The notes under the pieces: generated by a model
What the model was told of the DNA's origin: nothing
Databases searched by the model: none
What the model saw: the letters and a program-made list of their open reading frames with translations, nothing else
In this document: piece after piece, positions 1 through 13,739 of the stretch
How positions within the stretch are numbered: the stretch's first letter is position 1
How the letters are laid out: each line of letters opens with the position of its first letter
Assembly: GCA_023515725.1 (NCBI GenBank)
Contig: JALDTO010000213.1
Location: 504,280 to 568,279 of the forward strand
Origin: Amoeboaphelidium protococcarum X5
Lineage: Eukaryota > Fungi > Aphelidiomycota
Direction: 5' to 3'
DNA: 64,000 bases
Made by a program: the position numbers and the translations under genes

Positions 1-2992
1 TAGATACGGAGTAAACATCACGTTTATACCACAACTCTTTCGGCACGGCGAGACGTTGCAATACTTCTGGAGCCGCGTAACAGATAGTGGCACCTTTCAC
101 ACTATTCCACTCCATGCCCGTCACTGCCTTTGAGCTATCAACAATTGTACACACACCAAAATCAGTCAAGCATAATCTCATCTTACCATCACGCATTTCA
201 ACCAAATAGTTGGCTGACTTTATATCATTATGCACGACAAAGGACTAGTGCAAAACATCAATACCAGCCACTGCATCATGACATATTTAAAGCACCATAT
301 CAAACGTGTAATCAGTAGCTATTTCTCCTTTAATAAGCCTCTACAATGCCCCAAGTTCAAAAAAGGGCATTATCAACACCTTGGATAGTCTGTCAAAAGC
401 AGCTAGATTAGCTACGTATTCGCTCTGCTAAAACTTCCACATAAGAGCCACCTCTTACATGAATACCTCATAGCTACTGTCTTGCATTGCAAATTTACCG
501 ACAAATGAACGAATACCACTTCTAGAAATCCAGTGACCGGTAGGCAGATAGAACACGTCAACAAGAGCGACTATACCCTGACTGCCTCTAGATAGTAATT
601 AATCGTTAATGCGACGGAAATTGATACCTTCCTTGAGTTCCATGAAAGCAGGAACTGCAATCTCCATTGTAGTATTCATCAATGTAGCCGCACTATAGAC
701 TGAAGGCACGGATGTGAGGTCAGACTATTAATGCGGCAGTTCACGAGTGGCGGAAGCCGCTGTAGATTAGGAGATTACACTTGTCGGGCGCTTTTAAGTT
801 AAACGTCTTTTGCGGCGATATCTACGAAGAAAATACCAGGCCACCAGTGATAAGCATATTACAAACGCAACAGATGCCAAGGATATGACAAGGGTCAAGT
901 TCAGAGCTTACGCTCCGGCTAGAGTGGCGTTACCACTTCCTGTAGTGTAGGTAATATCTTGATCGGAGAACATATTATTCCTAATACTTACAGCAGAGAA
1001 CTACGCATTAAAATTTGTAGTTCTTACGGTGGAAGTTCCAACTATTTCATACGACAAAGAGCTTAGAGACCTGACAAAAGTGACGACAGAAATAATACCA
1101 GTGGCAGTATTGCTGAGACTTTTGAGATCTCCAGATAACCCAGACGAAGTATCAGGTGAATTGATAGAGCTCACCGACCAAGTTGCAAAAGACTCTACGC
1201 CAGAAACAATCGAGCTCCACTGTGGATATGCCAAAGACATTGATTTACCAGAAGACAGCATATTAGTCGTAGTCATTGACATTATGGCAGTATCATCTGT
1301 TAAAGTGGCTTCAGTAGTAGTAATGAGGGTTTTCGTCGTTGTGATTGTGGTCGTCGTCGTTGTTGCACTTGTTGTTGTTGTGGTAGTAGTTGTGGTAGTA
1401 CTAGTACTAGTGGTCGTTGAAGTAGTACTTGTGGTCGTGGTAGTCGTGGTGACAGGGCAGGGGCCGATACGATTACCAGGCAGATATTTCAATATGAACG
1501 CTGCATTAGGATCAGTAAATATTCGTGTGACACAAGTCAAATTATTAGAGTCTCTAAATATCGCCGTGTCTGCACTTGAGAAAATACCAGATAGGAAGGT
1601 GGATCCGTTGGAATCGAAGCCAGATGCTAAAGCATTCATATCTGTATTTACAAACATGGGCATAATAGGAGATGGTTGAACTAATCCATTTGAATCAACA
1701 AAAACTACTGCTCTACCGATGCTTTTTACCATAGGAGAGACTGTGTAATTGGTCTGAGCAGAATCTCTAATTTACATTTTCCCACTGGTGGATCCTATGG
1801 TGAAGCTAAGTAAACCATCGGAATTCATCCATAATCCAGCGGGTGTATAGTACGGAGTACCCGCCAATGAGAATTAAACAAGCCATTGGTAAGCACCAGA
1901 CGCGGAAAATTTGGCCACAAATGATAGCAGAGAAGATGCGAGCATCAGCTAGGCTTACAATGTAAAGCCATCTTCTCCCAAGATATCCACCTGAGCACCC
2001 TCAGCTTCACATTTCACATACACATTAGAAGCTGGGTCAATTTCAACACCGTTAAGCTCGACAGAAAATTACACCGCGCGCATAAATATTGCCTTGGGTT
2101 TATTACCAAATTAATCGTAGATTATTATGAATGAACAATAATTTGAAGATGACATTGAATATGACTTGACAAACTGATCTGTAGAATTAAAAACTTAAAT
2201 ACCCTCATCACAGCGCACACCACCAGTCACTGCAACTATTCCATTAAAGTTACTAATAGTAACAGATGCCGCCAATATAGACATAAAGCTCACAGTCCTG
2301 CTTTTTGCTAGCCAGGCAACAGTACCATTAAGATTAATCTTGATAGCGTACATTAACATCGATGTGCCCGACCGAGTGATTGAAATATTATCAGAGCCAA
2401 CCATGCTAAAGGTCCCAGAGCCAGAGGAAACAGTTAACAAAATATCGCCAGACAAGGCAACCGATCCACCACCTAACATTTAAAATCCCTAACTTTCAGA
2501 TTTAGCGAGCCATAGAAATGTGCCATTATTGGACCAACTATTCACAAAGACATTACCATTAGGGGTGGTGTTGAAAGTACGCACAATGTCGCCAAATGAA
2601 TCATACACGTTCATTTGTTAAGTATACTTACCATACACAATAACGTGGCCATAGCTATCACCATTTATAAATTTCAAAGTAACATCGCCAGACATAGTGG
2701 CATACCACCACATGGTGCCGTTGGGAAAGAATTTGACGACAAATGCGCGATTGCCAGAGCCAGGAGGAGTGATTGTGGCCTACAAATCACCGTGAATGTC
2801 ATATACTCTGACACTTGGGTTAGATGTGTAGCCACCCATCAGTATGTTGCCAAGAGGATCAACAGCAGGATTCGCACTAGTCATAGAAGAAGCACCTATG
2901 CTAACTATGCGGTCAACATAGTAAGCGTTGACCTTCACCAACTGGAGGAGGCCAAACAAAGCACAACACATCAGCACCAACATTATTATCAT
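1..2992 (-). CDS. Receptor-like protein kinase (signal peptide, beta-propeller-like ectodomain, Thr-rich stalk, TM helix, non-RD kinase); 3' end runs off the window
   Basis: ORFs 2780-2992, 2195-2479 and 1001-1732 share one frame when TAR=Gln. Signal peptide MIIMLVLMCCALFGLLQLV; repeats like FVVKFFPNGTMWW and FVAKFSASGAYQW; poly-Thr; TM LVISLASVAFVICLSLVAWYFL then RRYRRKRR; kinase motifs HNDIKSAN, DFG, YAAPE. Confidence 0.85.
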
Positions 2993-3482
2993 GAATCTTG
3001 TTGGGAAAGTATGAACTTATTACAAAGCAGTAGCTAGGAAAAGTATGAATAATCAAAAAGGTGGAAATATCACTGCCCAGACCACATGCAAGCAATAATG
3101 TACAAAGAGTCTATTTTTAAAACGAGTTCGTGGTCATGACAAATCTTCTCCCCATCTATGCAGCAAGCAGTTACTACGCACGGAAGTCAAGCATACAATC
3201 ACATATATATATATATACATATATAGTTCCGAGCAGACGATTAAAAAGGATAAAGTTTATGTTAAAATTATCGCGTTTCGTCGTGTGGACTCCATTCTAT
3301 ACGCACTCAGACCGAGTTGTAACTGATTACTGCAGATGGAAGCGCGAGACCAATCCGCCATGTAGACAGCTTTGAACCATCGGATAGCCTATCAATATTT
3401 CATATTTTAAGTGGATGATAGCATTTAAAGTATATATTCGAATCGGAAGAATTTCCTTTTTCTACAATTTCAATGAAATCAA

Positions 3483-4793
3483 ATGAATCCTAGAGACCTC
3501 TCCACAGCGTGTCCTGGAGTGGATTTTACTTTACCATACAAGCACACTACCTCATTTTCTATAGGCGACTATGTAATAAAGTATTTATAGAGAACGTTCG
3601 ATATCATCAAGTCATCTCCGATTGTCGAGAACGAGGTCATTGTGGACTTTGTGAAGACTGGATTCAAGGACCATCGATTGCCTTACTCTAAAGAATTGCT
3701 GATTGAAAATCTTGGATGCTCTATTTTCGAAGCGGAAGACTTTGTCCTTGCTCAATCTGCATCTTTTGCGGTCACTTTCGAACCCCAAGAGTACAAGAGT
3801 TTGGGGTCGCTTGATTCAGTTCCTTTCGTAGTGGACGCTAACACTAATCTTCGCACAGGTGGCTATGGAATGGTCGAAAAGGTGTTTGAAGGCAACCAAT
3901 CTTTGGCGAGAAAGACCATCAGTGACAACCATGACCTGGAATAGATGATGATGGAATTTAAGCTTCTTCGATTGGCTACTGACACCGGAAATCCTCATCT
4001 TCTCCACTTTCGATGTGCTTATGAGCAGGAAAATCGCATATGCCTCGTGATGTTTCCCTGGTGTGATTGTGATTTAAGCGCGTTTCTACTGACCTCACAC
4101 GAAGTTCCATGGTGGACGGAACGCACACCGAATCAATAGCTTATTCTAATCACTGGTTGGATGGCCTGTTTGGCGTCAGGCCTGTCTGCTTTGCATAAAA
4201 AGAAAATCAAGCATCAAGATCTGAAGCCCGAAAACATACTGTTGGATGCCAATTTATTGCCGGTGATATCTGATTTCGGTCTTTCGAAGGCCTTTGACAA
4301 GAATTCAAAATCCGTCAAGGTTCAAGGCACTCGTGCGTATTTACCGCCAGAACAGCTCGATGGAATAGTTGGAAGAAGTGGTGATATCTTCTCTCTGGGT
4401 CTAGTCTTTGTGGAACTCGCTCTTCTATTTTTTGGCCAAGATAGTTTGAAATACGAGTTCACCAGCGGATTTTACATGGATATCACTAAAAGGTTAGACG
4501 ACTTCTTGATGGAGAAGTTCCCAATATTGAACAATTCTACCATGGATGAATGGAGAAATACATTTCAAAGTCTGATACGGATGATGTTGGATGTTGCGCC
4601 AGAAAATCGCCCCAAAGCATCGGAAGTTTGGGATAAAGTGAAAGAAATGGTTGAATCTCTCGGAGCAAAACCTCATTGTGAAGTCGTTTCGCCCGTGGGG
4701 TCAATTACATGCGAAGATGATGAACGGGAGGACAATATGGAACTTCATCTTAGAGAAAATAGGGCCAAACTTGTGGTTGAAGTATAGTTGTGA
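3483..4793 (+). CDS. Cytoplasmic Ser/Thr protein kinase (non-RD)
   Basis: ORFs at 3642, 3945 and 4161 join in one frame through TAG codons. Motifs GGYGMVEKV, ARKTI, HQDLKPEN, DFG, GTRAYLPPE, DIFSLG, RPKASE; ends TTG TGA. Confidence 0.88.
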
Positions 4794-5188
4794 TACAATA
4801 AGATTACGCGTCACATTCACACATATCTCATTTCCTAACAGGCAGTGTAATACTTCGTCAGATAGTTCAAGTCAATATCACACAGTTCGATTAGAGTGGA
4901 TATAGTCTCCAATCCCGAATAAATAGATCATTGGGTAATCTTCCATACAGTGAATCGAACTTGCGCGATGTATAAATGACACTGTTGCGCAATTGCAGTG
5001 TTAGTGATTTGCTTTAACTGTTGTAGAAAACTGAATGATTAAGCGACTAAATTGTAAATCCTACAGGTAATCTAATCGCGCATAGTGCTATGAAAAGTTA
5101 GTACTGTTATCATTAATAAACCATTAATTTTATTTGCAAGAGTCATTTCAATTAACAAGTAACTAAACATAATTTACGCATCTCCGTA

Positions 5189-8100
5189 TCACATCAATTC
5201 ATTCAAAAAAAGCACCATCTCAAAAGCATGAGGCCTGAAAGTAGGATCTTAAGCCCATGCAGCATCAATGATCTTTAGCAAGTTCTATGTGCGAGGCTCA
5301 TTGTAAAACTGATTGTCGCTAGGTGGACGCATACCTTACTTAACATTCACAGCCACGTCTTCCAGATGCCATTAAGACCATGCTTTGGTATGCGTCAGAA
5401 TTTCATTCATTACAATGGCGACAGAGTAAATGTCACGCTTAAACCATAACTCCATAGGCATAGTAATCTTGGCCAACACTTCTGGTGCTGCATATCGAAC
5501 AGTGGCACCATTTATGCTATTCCATGACAAACCAGACACTGCCTTTGAACTATCAACAATAGTACACACGCCAAAGTCAGTCAAACACAATCTCAGCTTA
5601 CCATCTCGCCATTCCATCAAGTAATTGGCAGACTTTATGTCATTATGAACCACAAAAGAGTTGTGCAATACATCATACCAGCAACTGCATCATGACATAA
5701 TTAGAGCACGACATCAAAAGTTAAATTGACAGACATTTCTCCATCAATCAGCCTTTGCAACGCCCCAAGTTCAAAAAATGGCATAATCAAAATCTTGGCC
5801 TGATGATCAAACGCTGCCAATCTAGCAACGTATACACTCTATTGAAACTTCCACAGAAGAGCCACCTCTTGCATAAACACCTCATAACTACTCTCTGGAG
5901 CCGAGAATTTCCCGACAAATGTACGCACGCCGCTGTTTACAATCCAATGTCCTTGTGGTACATTAAACATATCGACAAGAGCTACTATGCCTTGACTACC
6001 TTTAGATAATATTTTGTCATCTATTCGACGGAAATTGATACCTTCCTTCAACTCCATAAAGGCTGGGATAGCAATCTCCATTGCAGTATTCATAAACGTC
6101 GTTGCATTATAAGCCGACGGCATCGCAGTGATGTTGGTACCTTGATTCGGTACAAAATGCGTGACGGAGCTTATAACAGAAGAGTAGGTCGCATTCGTTG
6201 GACGCTAAGTAGACTTACTCTTATTTCGACGTAATCTGCGCAAGAAGAGCCACATTGCAATTATAAAGCAAATGGCAAATGACAATAGCACAGAAGACAC
6301 AAGTACACCAAGACTAACCGTTTATGCACCAGCTGTAGTACCGCTACCTACGCCCAAAGTAGACAAGATCCATCATTGGTAGTAAAAGTGAATAGCCCAT
6401 CGAGACCAACAGTAGAAAATTATATGAATGCCTATGCACTACTCACAATAGTTGTCCCACTAGAACCATAAGATGAAGTTTTCGTAGATAAAGCTACAAG
6501 TACGCTGGTTGAATCTTGATTTACCGAGAATGAAGTGCTTGTTGCATTAACTGAACCAAATCCCATGAATGAAGAGCTCACAGAGGTTGTAGACCATGAG
6601 CTTGCATTTGAAAGAGTTAAACTCGATGGTACAACGGACGCGGAGGACAGTAAACCGGTAGACATCGCATCACTAATAGTAGTTGTAGTGGTTAGAACTG
6701 CAGTTGTAGTAGTGGGCGTAGTCGTAGTTGTCGTAGCAGTCGTTGTAGTAGTCGTAGTGGTGGATGTCGTAGTTGTCGTGGTAGTTGTTCTTGTGGTCGT
6801 TGGGGTAGTAGTGGTGGAAGTAGTAGTAGTAGTAGTCGTCGTCGTTGTCGTAGTACTAGTTGTAGTAGTTGTAGTAGTGGTGGTAGTTGTCGTCGTTGAG
6901 AATGTGAGACCAGAGCTAGAGGTAGTAACAAATGTACTAAGACGAGTACCAGGCAGATATTTCAGCACAAACGCGGCCTACTAGCCGGTGAAGTTTCTTG
7001 CAACGCAAAACTAGTCATTGGAGTCTCCAAATAGCACCATGCCAGGATCAATAACAACGCCGGACATATATGTTGCATTAGAGGAGTTGAAACTAGTTGT
7101 TGTCAGCCCCATCCTACTGTTACTTTAAATGGGAATAATAGACGCAGGTAGCACTAAACCGTTCTAGTCAACAAGCACCGACGCTACTCCAGAGTTTAAT
7201 GTCAACGGAATGACGGAGTATAATGTCTAAGAGGAATCTATGATAGAGATATTGCCGCCGCTGGAACCAATGGCAAAACTCAGTAAACCAGCAGAGTTAA
7301 TCCATAACGTATTACGTCCGACGCCCAATTGGCTATAAAACTAGTTCAACCATTGATAAGTGCCTGTTGAGGAGAATTTAGCTACGAAATTCGATAGACT
7401 GAGTGAATAATTGCCTTATAATCCAGAGCCATCAACGTTTAAAATGCTTAAAGAACCTGCGACACCATTGCATTTCAAATACACGTTCGATGATGAGTCA
7501 AACGCGATTCCCGTTACATACATATTTTAGCCGCCGTTATGCATGAAAATGGTGTGAAGCATGTTTCCAGCAGAGTCATACACGATAACAAAAGAACATG
7601 CCTAATTAGGATACTGCATGGAATATGATTTAACAAGCTAGTCGGAGAAATCATAAACTTAAAGATTAGCATCACATGCTAGACCACCTGCGACAGCAAC
7701 TCTACCGTCAAAGCTACTGATATCAACAGCTCCAGATTCGAAGTTTTTCCAAGCACCATTTTAAACTTTAGAAACCCAAGCTACGTTTCCCTGGTTAGTT
7801 ATCTTAACTGCCCACATTGCGTAATAACTGCTTGGAGAAGTCCTAGAGATCTGGACATTGTTGAAGCCTGACATTATAAATGGGATGCAGGTACTCCTGA
7901 CGTTTATGACAATTTCACCAGTACTGCCCATTTGTGCATGATTTGCAAAACATTAGCCGTAGCATTTTGACTGAGCAGTCCATTGGAAAGCACCCGCACC
8001 GGAAAAGCTTAAAACAAATACATCACCTCCACCACCAGAAAAGGGCTGCAATGAATAAATATTGGCGCCCTATGTATTATATACACCCATTGTGTTATAA

Positions 8101-8451
8101 AATACACCCAAGCAAACTATACTACCATTAGAGTTGACGCCTAGGTAATTCATAAAAATTTAACGAGACATTGTAAGATACCACCACATAGTGCCATTGG
8201 GGAAGAATTTCACGATAAAGGCGCGATTAGCAAATTCAGGAGGAGTTATAGTAGCTTAAGCCTGGCCGTTTAAGATCATAGACCGTAATACTGGTGGCAG
8301 ATGTATACCCTCCTATAATTATATTACCTTGAGAATCAACCACGGAGTTGGCAATTGATAGTGATTAACCGCCGATGCTAAATATTCGATCAACATAATC
8401 CGATTTGACCACCAGGAGAAGGCCAAACAAAATACACCACAACATCATCAT
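5189..8451 (-). pseudogene. Paralogue of the receptor-like kinase at 1-2992 with three single-base frameshifts
   Basis: Same architecture and closely similar kinase domain. Frame changes near 8270 (+1), 6368 (-1) and 5675 (-1); the first and third were confirmed by comparison with the paralogue. Could be assembly error. Confidence 0.75.
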
Positions 8452-9059
8452 GCTGTTTCTTGACGGGGAAACTAATTTTACTTTTGAATAAAAGGAATTA
8501 ACGTAAATAGGAAGCCAGATAAGATAGCAACACCTTAACCAGACGGATACAACGCACAATTTACGGAGGCTATATTTAGAACGATCATGAGCAGCAGTAC
8601 TGTAAGATTTATATGCACATGCAGTTCAAACATACAGGCTCAATATCTAAAAAGTGAAGCATAATGATAAATTTTAAATACTACATTATACGCAAAGTTA
8701 GACTTAATTATTGAGCAAATTAGACGCTCGTGCAACTGGGTGGTTGATTGATACAAGGTAGCGCAAAACAATAGATTCAATCACACAACCATTAGCATTC
8801 TGCACGGTGGTTTGACATTTGAATGAAGGTTCTATTACGATGTTTTTCATTAAAAGATTGGAAGACTGTGTCTCATGATTTATATTTGACTTTAATTTAT
8901 TAACGTTCAACAAGACACTCGATAATCACCAAGGACTAATGGTGCAATGTACGCGTGCCAACAACCGATTACAGTAGGACAACGATTAAATTAGTCAACA
9001 GGGGCTTCTAACAACAAGAACATTACACCTTTGACTATAATAATGTATTTCACATCATG

Positions 9060-11420
9060 TCACTCTTCTCGAGGGATGCCTCCCACTTCTTTGCATTGAG
9101 TTATTTCCTTCAACCTAGAAACTTCATACACCAGAGCATGCTGACTGGCCATCTGTGCTTCATCTTGAAACAATTTGATCAATTATACTCGCGCCTTGGG
9201 CACAACATTGTTAGACTCCATGTAATGAAATAATCCACGCGCCAACTCTTCGACTGCAGAGACTCGTAGACTTTCAGACACCCGACTAGCAAGAGGCCAA
9301 ATCTGGATGTAAGTTCTCAAAACACGACGATTCTTAATAACTGATAAGGGTAGGCCTTCAAAGAACCAATATCTCGATGTGCTGCCTTTCGGTTACTTCA
9401 CAACAATGTTTGAGATGACGCGAGCCATAGCATTAAAAGCGCATTATGGAAGCCGTTATTTATCGTTCGAATTCAAATTGCACAAATGCACAATCTAGCT
9501 GATATTCTCAGGAAAGCCAACTTGTTTAGATATTCTTTCAACTTCAATGATCCAATGCTCTTAGAACTGATCACCTAGATGTAACGCAACAATCTAGTCC
9601 TAACTAAATTCACTACAGAAGACTTTCAGCTAATCGTAGCTCAAAACTTGACCGAGTTTCAACATTGCCACCTCAGAGTATAATGAATGTTCCAAAAATT
9701 CCTTGAAATAGAAGGCAAGGATTTTAAGGTCCATACTGTACACTTGGCAGTACTGTTCAATCATATGTACTGAGATTTTATCCAGCATTTACTAATTATA
9801 GCTAGGAAAGAAGTGATTGATCACATGAATATAAATGCATTCGCTCAGCTTAGATAGACTGTTAGCATCCAGTTTAAGGAAGACTGATGCAAATTCTAAC
9901 GCGCCACCCAAACTTTCCACTATCTCTTTTATTTCAGCGTGATAGGAACTGCATTAGAACAGTTTCAGACAATGCGCGCGACTAAATTGGACCAAAGCCA
10001 GCAGTATCAATCGCTATCTATGGTCGACCAGTACCTTTCTAAACCAGTAGAAAATTTTTGCAAATGGAAAGACGCCAGGATTACAAACAATCATCTAGCA
10101 ATTCAGCAGCTTAACTAAGACTTCTACCAAAGTCAAGACGGCGCGTTCTGACATTCTCTCTCCATCCCATTTGAGTTCGGAACATTACTTGGATGAAAGA
10201 ATAGCAACCAGCATATTGAAAGCTTCATCTACGCGACCCGTACTCAACTAGGAGAGGAAAATCTTCTAACATAAACGCGCACCGGAACCAGCAGACTTAT
10301 ATAATTTCATTAAAGATAGCACGATCCATCCAAAGTCAATACTGCGCACAACTTTGACAACTCCAATCTACTTCAGGACCCACTTGAACGACAATTTACG
10401 CCCCAGGAGTAGAGATAAATTACAATCAATAAGCATTTTACTTCGGTTGATTCTAAACAACTCGAGAGATGAGGACTACATATTAGTGCACTCATGATTT
10501 TTTATAATATTTATAACAAATGACTTTAAATAGGCCTCTAAATCAAGATTATAACTTAGGTATAATAGATCCAGTAGATTGAAGTACGCTAACAGAGCAC
10601 TAAAACTGGGGGCAATCTCCAGCCGACGCTCTAGTTACTCCCTGACATAATTGCAGCTCCCAATGCCAAAGTCGAGACACAGTAGAGACACGAAATCGAC
10701 AGGATCTTCATATATCTCTTCAGAGCTCTCCAATGTGCGAAAAAATTCCACTTCATATTCTTCATCAAAAACTACATCGCATTGTTAGTTTATGACTGAA
10801 ATCATGGCATCCAACCAGTATTGTCTCAAAGCATCGTGATAATATCCATAAAGAGAGACTCGAGGTGGCGTGTGTTATTACACTGGTGACATACCATAGC
10901 TCCGATACTATTGAAACATTGTGGTTATCAAATCCAACTGAGATGATGCCAGAACTTCTTCAGATTCAAACTTTATCTTCCATCTGAGTACGTTATAACC
11001 ATATGGCAATTCCTCATCATCGTCGTCATCAGAGTCAATCATTTCTCTTTAACAATCAGTTATACTGTAAAAGTGTTCCACAGCTAAGATCCATTCATTA
11101 AAAAGTGTGTCGTCCTCGAAATCTCGCGCATCATCTGCCATCAGGATCAACAACGCAGAATATTTCTTACTCGTTTCATGAAAGAAGTAAATGTAATCTT
11201 CTTTCGACTTCAACTGTAGGTAGGTATGCTCCTTAATGCGAGCCGCTGTCAACAGAGGACCATAATACTTAAAGTACGCGTCTCTAACCATGACCTTATG
11301 GTGTACGACGACATCCTGACAGTCTTTGCAGCTCAAACACAGTTGTAGTATATCAACAGGTCTTAAATATTCATATATTGAAGTAGTTGATAGTTGTAAC
11401 AACTAAATAAAGCCCGACAT
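9060..11420 (-). CDS. Hypothetical protein of about 786 aa with an F-box-like N-terminus
   Basis: Start ATG and terminal TGA are in frame; the N-terminal half was read and is open with TAR=Gln. IYEYLRPVDILQLCLSCK resembles an F-box. Confidence 0.6.
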
Positions 11421-11939
11421 TGCAAGATAAATGGGGATAGAGTACCGGTATTTACATACACCGACTTGACGACGTGGAGTTCTGTAGCGAAAGAGAGACG
11501 ATCGGATCGCGAAGACTCGCTGCTCTGTAACCTCTACCTCGTTGGGAAAATTGAGGGAGGCGCTGCTACTGTACGATCTCTGCAGTCAGAACTATTATTT
11601 TCTTGTTTGGTGTTATAAACATGCCGTGAAAGATAATGTTGCCCGCGAAATATTACATATAAAATCGGTGGACAGTTGAACAGTTTGTTGTTGTACTATT
11701 TATTCTATTTATACAGAAGTGGCCATCATTCATGCTAGTGTTGGGCAAGTTTAGGAGAAAGCCGGCTGAGCCAGTCGAGCCGATGCATTGGATACTGTTG
11801 TAGCATTTTCCCATTCTGATGTCGCTTATGCCTTGTTCCCCTGATACTATGAGGTATTCTTCTGTCAAATACTCCATCTAGCACTTCTTCTAATTTCAAA
11901 TATCCTGCCTTCTACAATAGGACGTACTCGCCAAAATCA

Positions 11940-12760
11940 TCATAATTCAGAGACTACCGTAGTAGTTCTCCCTGAGCCATACCAGTATTTGATTCTTTGA
12001 GAGAAATATAAATGGCTTCGGCTTTTTTCTCCACCTCTTCTACATATTCCCTTCAGACAAGTTCTAATCTAATAGCCACTCCTTTTAGTTTCTTGGTGAT
12101 TCCCTGATATTATCCTTCTCTGGCTTGGGGCATTCTGCCTTTGAGTGGCCCTCCTTACCACACACTTCCAGAACGCGTTATGCATAGTCACCTTTACTCC
12201 TATCTCCCCACCGAGATTTTCTATGGCCATCCTGTCACATCTTCAGATCTCTCTTCTTTACCAATATAATTAGCTCATTCGACCGGACAGTCTTCTTGTA
12301 CTTGGTAAACAGATACCAGCGTACCACACTCTTGATCTCCACCACTTCCCACCCGTTCTTATCACACTCTGTTCTCGTTGAATCCGTCCTTTCGTCCACT
12401 GCACCTGCTTCAAACGCTCCAGTGTAGAACACCTTTAATCCATTAGATAGCTCCTAGATATCTCCATATACTTATCTGAGAACATCCGCCGCTCGCTTAT
12501 CTTCTACTTCAACTAGCACGCCTAACTTTACCGGCTATATTGCGTGCACCTTCAACTTCTCTTTCCAGCTATCTTCATTACTTCGTCCACAGTTTAACTA
12601 ATGTCAGCAAGCTTTTCATTCTCAGCTATAATCCCTTTGATAGTAGTATTAACGTTTTAAATCTTATTGTATGCGATTGCTGCCGCGGTCCTTTTGCAGT
12701 TAAAATGTAAGTCTTCTTCTTCAGCTTCAGTTATCTCGTTATCTGTTCTCTTGCTCATGA
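11940..12760 (-). mobile_element. Degenerate gag-like / non-LTR retrotransposon ORF1 remnant
   Basis: Reads KLKVHAIQPVKLGVLVEVEDKRAADVLRQVYG...KM*QDG...EVCGKEGHSKAECP, a broken CCHC knuckle. In-frame TGA at 12235-12237 plus frameshifts. Confidence 0.45.
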
Positions 12761-13739
12761 TCTTCCTTTCAAATCTCTCTGTAATACTTTGTGGACAGTT
12801 TGTTCAGCTTTAAATTGCCATAGATATTACTTGGAGACGTTCCATCCCGGGGAGGACTTATTTGATGTTTCAATCTAACGCGCTACAATGGAAAAATTAT
12901 ACCAACCTTCTGATCTAGGTGTATTATATGGATTCTAGTACTTTATCGCGATATGTCTGCTAACTATTTGCGCTAGAGTATTTTGATTACTTATGAGAAG
13001 ACTTGGTTTATCAGGAGAGTATCTTGACGCTTACTATAGACAAACTGCCGAAAGTGGAGATCAGTTGGACTGTACTCAGATCTTAAAAGGAGGCCTTTGA
13101 CATTAATGGGAACGTTACTTGAATCTAATTATCACGCTATCAAAGGTATTGATGTATTTTACGCGTCTCCGTTTGGTGCTCCTACTAGAATTTAATAATA
13201 GAAAATGAGAAGGCGACGGGACACGACTTCCGCATTTAAAATCATCTGAATTCGAATTTGGGAGGTGTCTTTCTTCGGTAGAACGACGACTGAATCTGTT
13301 TTATTTGCTGGGCACCAATGTATCCAAGAGTGTGTTAGTTGGGTCACTGAGCACAGCAGTGAGGACACCAGAAGATTAGAAATCACAGCCCGGATGGGAA
13401 ACACAGCCTTGTTGAGCATACAAGCTCGGAGAGAAGACACAGCTTCTATTACTATTTTATTCACTCATAACACTTACTGGAAGTCATGTTAATCGGTCGT
13501 CTGAAGATAGAGGCGCGTCTCCTTGATCACTCCTTGATGGGCTCAACTCTAATAACCTTGGAGACATTTCACTCGTCGAACATTATCCATCTTGCCATTT
13601 GTGATTGAACCTAAATAATGACGTGACTGAGCAACTGCATTGATTAATGGCAATGACGTGATTGGAATCATGAATGGGGTATAAATCTAGTTCTATGAAG
13701 CACTCTCCTTTTCTCTTGGTGAGATCTAACTGACTTAGT

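Noticed and set aside
1029-1679. Poly-Val ORFs on the + strand (also 6535-6984, and - strand 50126-50320 and 53314-53559)
   Set aside because: Antisense shadows of Thr-rich stalks.
12800-13700. Possible gene between the gag-like relic and CobW
   Set aside because: No long TGA-free frame or recognisable motif found by eye.
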